A DNA stretch of 43,478 nucleotides from Planctomycetota bacterium (GTDB taxonomy: Bacteria; Planctomycetota; Planctomycetia; Planctomycetales; Planctomycetaceae): the NCBI GenBank assembly GCA_003696385.1, contig RFHO01000338.1, positions 1-43,478 on the forward strand, read 5' to 3'. Below the pieces are notes generated by a model that saw only the letters and a list, made by a program, of their open reading frames with translations, was not told the origin of the DNA and searched no databases. Made by a program: the position numbers and the translations under genes. Position 1 is the first letter of the stretch; every line of letters begins with the position of its first letter. Of the stretch, positions 36,832 to 43,478 are shown one piece after another.

Positions 36832-37287
36832 ATGCCGCTGACGGGAACCTACGAACGAGCGATCGATCAGCAGCTGCGGGTGGCGATCCCCAAGGCGATG
36901 CGCCAGGAGTTTTGCAGGCAGGAGGGGAACGACGGACTGAATCGACTTTTTCTCACTCCGGGATTTGACGGCGTGCTGAATGCATACTGCCCGTCGGTAT
37001 TCGAGACACTGGGCCGCGTACGTACGTCCGCAGCGAGTGGTGCCGCAGCGCTTCGCAAGTTCGCCCGGCTGTTCTACGCTCAAGCGTATCCAGCGGAATG
37101 GGATGGTCAGGGACGAATCCGAATTCCCGAACGACTGGCGGCGTTCGCGGATCTTCGGGACGCCGTCGTGCTGGTCGGCGTCAATGACCACATCGAGCTG
37201 TGGGCACCGGAGAAGTGGCACCAGTTCATGAGGAGTGAAGTGGAAGAATTCGATCGGCTGGGGGCCGAGTTTTTCGGTGAGAGTTGA
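36832..37287 (+). CDS. mraZ: transcriptional regulator MraZ
   Basis: 151 aa with two SpoVT/AbrB-like halves: IDQQLRVAIPKAMR (degenerate DxxGR) and WDGQGRIRIPERL, then VVLVGVNDHIELWAPEKW, as in MraZ. Confidence 0.9.
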   Translation: MPLTGTYERAIDQQLRVAIPKAMRQEFCRQEGNDGLNRLFLTPGFDGVLNAYCPSVFETLGRVRTSAASGAAALRKFARLFYAQAYPAEWDGQGRIRIPERLAAFADLRDAVVLVGVNDHIELWAPEKWHQFMRSEVEEFDRLGAEFFGES

Positions 37288-37491
37288 ATCTGCGGCAATC
37301 GCGCTGATTGCGCGCATGACGTCACGAACGGAAAGGTCATAAGACAGGGGTCCGCACGGACGGCGGTCGATCAGGAGTATTCGCCACTTTCCGCTGCCTG
37401 ACCGGGCTTGCGGAGGGCGTTCAGGACGAGCGCCCGGTGGGCGTCGATCATCGGAACATCGTGGCTCCTTGTTCCGATGCTCGGCCGAGTC

Positions 37492-37536
37492 GGGCGGGTG
37501 GGCGGCAAGGAGGCCGCCCACCCGCCCACTTTCTTG
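37492..37536 (+). terminator. strong hairpin terminator (15-bp perfect stem)
   Basis: GGGCGGGTGGGCGGC - AAGGAG - GCCGCCCACCCGCCC followed by ACTTTCTTG. Lies 205 nt after the mraZ stop and 68 nt from the stop of the convergent 37595 gene. Confidence 0.65.
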
Positions 37537-37594
37537 CGCCGTGTGCTCGGGTTCTGGCGATACCTTGGATCGGCCGAGCCCGGATTGCCGCCGA

Positions 37595-39880
37595 TCAATC
37601 ATGCTCCGCACGACGAAACATCATCCGTATCGCCTGTCGAATTCGGGAATGCAGGCGAGCCAAGGCGGCCTTGCGACGCTGCAACGTAATTCGGTACGGC
37701 ACACCGCGGTGAACGTCGAACTCGCCGGGAATCGTATCGGGCGCGCCGCAAAGCGCGCGTGCGACCATCATCCCACTCATCACCGCCGATTCGACACAGG
37801 CCACGTTCAAGCCGTTGGCGGTCCAGTCTCCGACGGCCATCAGGTTCCGGAATCCCGTCGCGTCCGGGACGATTCGCGCAGCGCCGCTCGTGCGGGGCAT
37901 TTGACCTTGGTGGGCCAGCCGCGGCGGTGCGCTGGCGTCCTGCCAATGGACGACACCTTGTGCCTCCGGCCTCGAAACGGGACTTGTGGAATGCTCGCCG
38001 TGCGGGAGGAACCCGTGCAACAGCACGGCGGCCAAGGTATCGAACCGGCGCCGGGTGCGCTCGATCGCTGCGGCATATGCCGATTCGTCCCCCTCTTCCT
38101 TCGGCTGCCCACCGCTTGCATCGTGTCGCGTGCGGGCCGTGCCGGCCGGTACCGGCGCCGTGAATTGCAGAGGCATTGGTTCTTCATCCCGGTGCGGTGT
38201 CGATTCTTCGGCGTGGTCGGAAGACGGGGCGGCGTGGACCACCATCGACCGCAGTCCGGCAACAAGGAGCTTGCGAGGTAACACACAAATCCGCTGCTCG
38301 GGCGGTGTCGGCAAACGCCCCTGCGCAACGAGCACCGCCGCGTCGGATACGGCGGCCATTCCGTCGCGCCAGGTCTCATTCACCGCGGCCAGAGATTGGG
38401 TGACGTTTCGCGTCTGCTCGATCGGCAGCCCGCAGACGACACAGTCGAAATCCTCCTGCGCACGGAGCGTCAGTCTCCCGGTGGGTCCATACCGGAATGA
38501 GTCGGCCCGAAGGGGGTTCACTGCCGGCGGGCCCTGGCCGGTCGTTGCCGAACCGTCCCGATCCGGCAACCCATCGCCGGTTGGCACAGCGGAGCCGAGA
38601 GACAGGCTCACCTGCTGCACCTGGGTACCGTCACCCGCAGACTCGATTCGTTCGACGCACATGCAGCGTTCGAATCGTACGCCCCAGTGTCGCAACAGTT
38701 TCCAAAGGGGCATCAGCAGCGATTCGGCGGGCGGAACCTTCAGACCGTACCAGAACGCCTGCGAGTAACCGGCGACCGATCGACACACGAACCTCAGAGC
38801 CGCTCCGGCGGCCAGATTCGGTCGATCGTCGAATCCGAACTCGTAAGCATGCAGGAAATCGTACACGGCTTCGACGGGAGCTGATCCGACCGTTCCCGGA
38901 TCCGCGCCGTGGCGTGTCAGCCATTCGCGGAAGTCGTACCGGTTCAACGGTTCGAAGCCGTGCCAGATCACAGCATCGCGGATCAGCCCAACAAGACACG
39001 TCCAAGCCAGATCGCACAGCGTCCACTCCCGCAACTCGCCGATCTCCGACGTGCCGGCATCGATGGCTTGGCGGAGTATCGTCATGAATCGCGTCCCCAG
39101 GCGATCGATGGCGGCGTACTCGCGAGACAGGTGATGCGAAACGTTCGAAGACATGCGGTCCGCCCAATCGGCGGCCAGATGGAGATGCGAGTACGGCCCA
39201 TCGTCCGATGTACCAATCATTTCCACCGCCAGATTGTGCAGCCCCGAGGAAAGGATTTCCCGCTGCAGATCCACCGCGGAGCGTTCTACGGCGAATTGGA
39301 CGGCGGGATAAACGGACCGAGACACGCGGGCGACCAGCCAGCGGAGACCATCACAGAGGACTTTCCAAGGATCGGCCGCTCGGGGCGTTCCCGCCGACGG
39401 TCCGTCCTTTCGCTGCGGAAATGTCAGGTTCCAGCGGTAGTGCCCGGCCGGACGCGTCTCGATCAACGACACAACGGACTGCGGCTCGAGAACGTTCGCA
39501 AGCTCCGAGAACGGCGAGTCCCGCAACAGTCCCTCGGCACGTGCGGTCTGGTAGACGGTTCGAGCGAGTGACAACGTGTTCCAGTAGCCCCCCAGCAAAA
39601 CGCTTCCGGAGTTCGCGGCTGGCTCCAGCGGGGGACCGGGTGCTCCGTGCATGCACGCCGACAGGGGACAACGATCGGTGAAGAACAGCCGCACATCGAA
39701 CCGTCGCCGGTTGGGCTGCTCGCGCAGCAGATGGAACGCGGCGGCCAGCGTACCGAGATTACCGCCGAGGAAGACGATCCGATACCCGGCCTGCGCGTGG
39801 GTCGATAGCCGATGGCGGTGAAACGTCGGAGAACTGCGTGCCATTCGTCCGCGCTTTCCAGCAGCCTGCCCGAATGACAC
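37595..39880 (-). CDS. large amine-oxidase/phytoene-desaturase-like FAD/NAD(P)-binding oxidoreductase family protein (degenerate dinucleotide motif)
   Basis: The N-terminal beta-alpha-beta segment YRIVFLGGNLGTLAAAFHL sits at the position of GxGxxG. The C-terminal GDWTANGLNVACVESAVMSGMMVARAL is the typical closing motif of this flavoprotein superfamily. GTG 39880 is the ORF limit; ATG 39844 (GGAAAG upstream) is an equally plausible start. Confidence 0.65.
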   Translation of the reverse strand: MSFGQAAGKRGRMARSSPTFHRHRLSTHAQAGYRIVFLGGNLGTLAAAFHLLREQPNRRRFDVRLFFTDRCPLSACMHGAPGPPLEPAANSGSVLLGGYWNTLSLARTVYQTARAEGLLRDSPFSELANVLEPQSVVSLIETRPAGHYRWNLTFPQRKDGPSAGTPRAADPWKVLCDGLRWLVARVSRSVYPAVQFAVERSAVDLQREILSSGLHNLAVEMIGTSDDGPYSHLHLAADWADRMSSNVSHHLSREYAAIDRLGTRFMTILRQAIDAGTSEIGELREWTLCDLAWTCLVGLIRDAVIWHGFEPLNRYDFREWLTRHGADPGTVGSAPVEAVYDFLHAYEFGFDDRPNLAAGAALRFVCRSVAGYSQAFWYGLKVPPAESLLMPLWKLLRHWGVRFERCMCVERIESAGDGTQVQQVSLSLGSAVPTGDGLPDRDGSATTGQGPPAVNPLRADSFRYGPTGRLTLRAQEDFDCVVCGLPIEQTRNVTQSLAAVNETWRDGMAAVSDAAVLVAQGRLPTPPEQRICVLPRKLLVAGLRSMVVHAAPSSDHAEESTPHRDEEPMPLQFTAPVPAGTARTRHDASGGQPKEEGDESAYAAAIERTRRRFDTLAAVLLHGFLPHGEHSTSPVSRPEAQGVVHWQDASAPPRLAHQGQMPRTSGAARIVPDATGFRNLMAVGDWTANGLNVACVESAVMSGMMVARALCGAPDTIPGEFDVHRGVPYRITLQRRKAALARLHSRIRQAIRMMFRRAEHD

Positions 39881-40424
39881 GACTGCTCAGGGGGTACTCC
39901 CGGTGGTGACCACTCTCCGAATAGGCGAACTTCCTCATCCTATTCACGCCACTCCCCAAACACAACCAGGCATAGCCCGGAGCACCTCCTTTTTACAGCC
40001 GAAACGCTGTGCCTCCATCCGCGACCACGGGCTTCAGAACTCTGCCCGTTCCGCAAGCTGGGCAAGATGGGTGACCGATGAGAACACGGACCGATTGCAT
40101 GCAATTGTCTGTTGCTGTGGCCGATACGGTATGTGTGCGACGGGCGGACTGCGCCCGTCGGGCGGAAGCTCCGAATGGCACGTCGGAAAGGAATCGCAGC
40201 GATTCCACAAGGCGTTCGGGGCACGACGCCGCGTTGGCACATTCGGTTGCGCTCGGCCGCCGACAACACAGGATTTCGGCTGACGGCGTTCGGAAGCAAC
40301 TGCCAGTGTTGAGGTTGCGATGTCTTTCCCAGGCGTCGCCAACGAGAGGATCGGCCGCTTCCGCGGTCGCCGTCGGCGGTTCGGACCTGCAGGACGCTGG
40401 ATACAGGTTGCAAGGGAGAGAGCG

Positions 40425-41804
40425 ATGCGAACGATGCGATGGAGAAAACGCGGGCGACCGACTGCGATGGTCGCGCTGGCGATGAGCGGAATGGCGATGC
40501 TGCTGTCTGCGCCGGTCAGCGCAGACGATGCGGGCTGCCAGTCACCCAAGAGTGATTGCCAGAGCCTTTACCGGGCTGCGGGTGAGAAGCTCGCCAAGGC
40601 GCTGCAGGAGCATTCCAAGGCGTGCTGCGCGGCTCACGGCAAGAAGGATTGCGTTTCGTGCACGGCGAAATCCGGCACGTGCGATTCGAAGGCCGGTGCA
40701 TGCGACGGCAAGGCGTGCGCGGGCGGCTGTGACGGACGTTGCGGCGGTGCGTGCGGTGCCGACGGCTGCGGTTGCGGCGGCGGACTTTTGAGTTGCTGCC
40801 TGGGCGACCCGATCGAGCTGTTCCCTGCGAACAAGGGCGTGAACAAGCTGGGCGGCTGGGTGCAGTTCGGGTATCACAGCGAATCCAACGGGCTGTTCAA
40901 CAGTCACGACAGCCAATTGGGGCTGCACCAGTTGTGGTTCTATGCGGAGAAGGTTGCGGACGGCAGCGGCGATGCGATCGACTGGGGCTATCGAGCCGAC
41001 TTCGTGTACGGCTTGGACGCTCAGAACACGCAGGCCTTCGGCAATCCGCCCGGTAGCTGGGACTTCATGAATCCCAGTTGGAATCATGGCAGCTACGGCT
41101 GGGCCCTGCCGCAGTTGTACCTGGAGTTCGCGTACCGCGACCTGAAAGTAACGCTGGGGCACTTCTACACCCTGGTCGGTTACGAGACGGTGACGGCTCC
41201 GGACAACTTCTTCTACAGCCACGCCTACACGATGAACAACAGCGAGCCGTTCACGCACACCGGCGTTCTGCTCACCTACGACCCTTCGGACGCGCTGGAG
41301 CTGTACGCCGGCTGGACGGCGGGCTGGGACACGGGCTTCGACCGCTTCATGGGTGGCAGCAGCTTCCTCGGCGGTGGAAGCTGGACGGTCGGCGATATGT
41401 TGACGGCCACGTACATCACGACGTTCGGCGACCTGGGCTGGCGAGGCGAAGGCTACAGCCACAGCATCGTGCTGGACTTCGCGGTCACCGAGAAGCTGAA
41501 CTACGTCTTCCAGAGCGACGTGCTGACGACCAACCTCGGGCCGAACAACCACACCGTCGGCATCAACCAGTACCTGCTGTACACGATCAACGACTGCGTC
41601 CGCGCCGGCATGCGGTGGGAATGGTGGAAGCCCAACGGCCACTCGCAGAATGCGGTGACGGTGGGTCTGAACATCCGACCGCACGCGAACCTGGTGATCC
41701 GGCCGGAAATCCGTCATGACTGGAACCCGTCGGGCATCCGGTTCAACGGTGACGGCAAGAGCAACTTCACCACCTTCGGCATGGACTTCATTGTGACCTA
41801 CTGA
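40425..41804 (+). CDS. outer-membrane beta-barrel porin (OmpL-like / BBP2-type by layout) with Cys-rich N-terminal module
   Basis: ATG 40425 with GGGAGAG upstream. Signal peptide MRTMRWRKRGRPTAMVALAMSGMAMLLSAPVSA. A 16-Cys segment follows, then alternating amphipathic strands rich in aromatic-Gly pairs (WVQFGYHSE, DFVYGLDAQ, LYLEFAYRDLKVTLGHFYTLVGYE, LNYVFQSDV). The C-terminal beta-signal-like FGMDFIVTY ends in an aromatic residue. Confidence 0.8.
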   Translation: MRTMRWRKRGRPTAMVALAMSGMAMLLSAPVSADDAGCQSPKSDCQSLYRAAGEKLAKALQEHSKACCAAHGKKDCVSCTAKSGTCDSKAGACDGKACAGGCDGRCGGACGADGCGCGGGLLSCCLGDPIELFPANKGVNKLGGWVQFGYHSESNGLFNSHDSQLGLHQLWFYAEKVADGSGDAIDWGYRADFVYGLDAQNTQAFGNPPGSWDFMNPSWNHGSYGWALPQLYLEFAYRDLKVTLGHFYTLVGYETVTAPDNFFYSHAYTMNNSEPFTHTGVLLTYDPSDALELYAGWTAGWDTGFDRFMGGSSFLGGGSWTVGDMLTATYITTFGDLGWRGEGYSHSIVLDFAVTEKLNYVFQSDVLTTNLGPNNHTVGINQYLLYTINDCVRAGMRWEWWKPNGHSQNAVTVGLNIRPHANLVIRPEIRHDWNPSGIRFNGDGKSNFTTFGMDFIVTY

Positions 41805-42025
41805 GAGGTCGGAGGCGTATGGATCCGCCGTCGCACCGGTACGTCGGAGGCGGCGGAACCCGTCGAGTGGGTTTGTGACAGTTTGAATCGACTTTTCCCG
41901 CGGCGGTTCGGTCAGTGCCTGCACCGGTCGGCCGCCGCGATTCGGACACTCCTCCTTTCCTGATTGACCGCGCTGCCTGGAGCTGGAACGTCGCTCGTCC
42001 GGCATTGCAGTGCGTTTCACAATAG

Positions 42026-42067
42026 CAGCCGGTCGGCACGATGAGCGCCGATCGGCTGTTTGCTTTC
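42026..42067 (+). terminator. rho-independent terminator
   Basis: 12-bp stem CAGCCGGTCGGC / GCCGATCGGCTG (one G-U pair) with a 9-nt loop, followed by TTTGCTTTC. Lies 222 nt downstream of the porin stop. Confidence 0.65.
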
Positions 42068-42398
42068 AGCCGTCCGCACGGCGATGCTCTGAACAAGTTC
42101 AGCGGCGACGGCCGCGGCCAGCGCCCCGCAGGGCACGCGCCGTCGGACCCGAGACGCCCGCACTTGCTTCCACATCCGCGGACGACGTTCCTTCTCTGCG
42201 GAAGCGGGCTGGCCCCGCGGACGCGATTCGCGACGGACACTTTTCATTGGGCCGCCAGTCGATCACCATCGCCCGCGAGTACACGGTTGCGGCGGCGACC
42301 GATCGCGTCGCACCGAAACCGTGCATCCTGACTGGCGGTCCATGTGGTCCGGCCCGACAGAAACGTGCGGGCCGAGCGTGTGCCGGAGACCGTTCGCG

Positions 42399-43073
42399 GT
42401 GAACTATTTCGCCCACGGAGTGCGTTTCGTCGAAGACCCATACCGCTTGGCCGGGACAGCCTTGCCCGACTGGCTGGCGGTCGTGCGTCGCCGCGTACGC
42501 ATTCGGCAACGCCACCTGTCCCGGTGTTCTGCGGGCCCGGGCACGCCACTGCAGCGACTGACCGAAGGGGTCCGGCAGCATCTGGACGACGACGACTGGT
42601 TTCATCGCACCGAGGCGTTTCTGGTGGTGAGCAGTCGCCTCGGGCGGATCGCCGCCGAATTCGTCGATGCCCACATGCCGGACCCGGACCGCGTACGCTG
42701 CGGCTTCCTGGGCCACCTGTTGACGGAAATGCTGCTGGATTCGGTGCTGATCGAGCGTTTCCCACAGCGACTGGAGGAGTACTACCGGGCATTGCGGACC
42801 GTCGATCCGTGTCTGATCCGCGATGCCTTCATGCACTGGGGCCTGCCGCCGGTCTTCGAACTACCGGCCTGGATCCCGATTTTCGTGTCCGAGGCGATAC
42901 TGTACGACTATCTCGAGCCACACACACTGCTGTACCGAATCAATCAGGTGATGCGGCGTGTGCGGCAACCGAAGCTGCCGGGCGGGTTCGTCGAGATCCT
43001 GCAGCGTGGCCGGTTGATCGTGGCTGACCAACTCGACAGACTATTGCCCGCGAGCCGCTGGGGGGAGGCGTAG
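42399..43073 (+). CDS. acyl carrier protein phosphodiesterase (AcpH)-like / DUF479 family protein
   Basis: GTG 42399 (GGAGA 9 nt upstream) gives VNYFAHGVRF.., matching the MNFLAH start of AcpH. Further matches are GVRQHLDDDDWFH and FLGHLLTEMLLDSVL, compared by eye with E. coli AcpH. The track ORF starts at 42321. Confidence 0.55.
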   Translation: MNYFAHGVRFVEDPYRLAGTALPDWLAVVRRRVRIRQRHLSRCSAGPGTPLQRLTEGVRQHLDDDDWFHRTEAFLVVSSRLGRIAAEFVDAHMPDPDRVRCGFLGHLLTEMLLDSVLIERFPQRLEEYYRALRTVDPCLIRDAFMHWGLPPVFELPAWIPIFVSEAILYDYLEPHTLLYRINQVMRRVRQPKLPGGFVEILQRGRLIVADQLDRLLPASRWGEA

Positions 43074-43129
43074 CGGCCTTTTGTGAAAAAAACCGGCCGT
43101 GCATGGGACGCAACAAGGGGACGCTCACG

Positions 43130-43478
43130 ATGAAGTACGGCATGAACATGCTGCTGTGGACGACGGACGTCACCGAGGAGCACTTCGGACTTTTGGAACA
43201 GATCCGCGAATGGGGTTACGACGGCGTCGAGTTGCCGATTTTCGATATGGATCCGGCAAAGTTCGAGCGTGTGGCCGCCAAGCTCAATGAGCTGGGGCTG
43301 GAGCGCACGGCGGTCACGATCGGAACGGCCGACGCCAATCCGATTTCGCCGCGGGCGGAAGTTCGGCAGGCCGGCTTGGAGCATCTGAAGAAAGCCATCG
43401 ACATCTGCAAGGTGGCGGGCGTATCGCTTTTGTGCGGTCCGATCCACTCGGCGCTGGGCGAATTCACCGGTCAGGGAC
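43130..43478 (+). CDS. sugar phosphate isomerase/epimerase (xylose-isomerase-like TIM barrel), 3'-truncated by window end
   Basis: Not in the track because no stop falls inside the window. ATG 43130 is open to the window end: MKYGMNMLLWTTDVTEEHFGLLEQIREWGYDGVELPIFDMDPAKFERVAAKLNELGLERTAVT..HLKKAIDICKVAGVSLLCGPIHSALG, a typical AP-endonuclease-2/xylose-isomerase-like N-terminus. Confidence 0.75.
   Translation, partial: MKYGMNMLLWTTDVTEEHFGLLEQIREWGYDGVELPIFDMDPAKFERVAAKLNELGLERTAVTIGTADANPISPRAEVRQAGLEHLKKAIDICKVAGVSLLCGPIHSALGEFTGQG

Noticed and set aside
39944-39992. AAGGAGGTG on the minus strand (complement of 39984-39992) followed by an ATG at 39973
   Set aside because: It opens only a 9-codon ORF (MPGCVWGVA), and the SD spacing is long. 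I do not count it as a gene; it may be chance or a leader peptide I cannot support.
40542-42020. 492-aa minus-strand ORF antisense to the porin (similarly 23621..24739 antisense to selA)
   Set aside because: The sense-strand products have unambiguous family features. These antisense frames have none.
41788-42240. Minus-strand ORF preceded by AAGGAGG (complement of 41949-41960)
   Set aside because: The GTG follows the SD with only about 1 nt of spacing. The peptide is Arg/Pro-rich with mixed third positions, and the ORF overlaps the porin 3' end.

Overview
GC-rich, gene-dense chromosomal window. I support 32 protein-coding genes, 2 tRNAs (Leu-UAG on +, Val-UAC on -), six terminator-like hairpins, two sigma70-like promoters and one MraZ-box-like operator array. 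Two of the genes are cut by the window edges and so are absent from the ORF track. The gene families present suggest a Planctomycetota-like genome, but this is inference only; they include an excisionase-HTH/receiver regulator, a prenyltransferase/squalene-oxidase-repeat protein, Zn-ribbon membrane proteins, an OmpL-like porin, an orphan mraZ and a methanopterin-type DHPS-like gene. Content is mostly housekeeping, envelope and regulation: folK, a UvrA-family ATPase, thymidine phosphorylase, two SAM methyltransferases, a class IV aminotransferase, selA, an S2P/M50 protease, csrA, a tandem USP, an SGNH-Dabb hydrolase, an LPG-synthase-TM-like protein, an NPP-type phosphodiesterase and an AcpH-like protein. 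I see no transposase, integrase, CRISPR array, restriction-modification, toxin-antitoxin or recognisable defence gene, so I do not claim a new multi-gene system. The most unusual items are: (1) a DHPS-like/DUF4346-type pterin gene translationally coupled to a small membrane protein and followed by a membrane-anchored thioredoxin-fold gene; (2) a divergent UvrA paralogue whose two sequence lesions fall in the same composite ATP site; (3) a porin with a 16-Cys N-terminal module; (4) an orphan mraZ with a promoter plus TGGGN repeats in 10-bp phase; (5) a stand-alone selA; (6) several unusually long non-coding stretches. Many of the longest ORFs in the track are antisense shadow frames (Arg/Pro/Gly-rich, weak third-position G/C bias) or 5' over-extensions, and I rejected them. 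The track also renders GTG/TTG starts as M.
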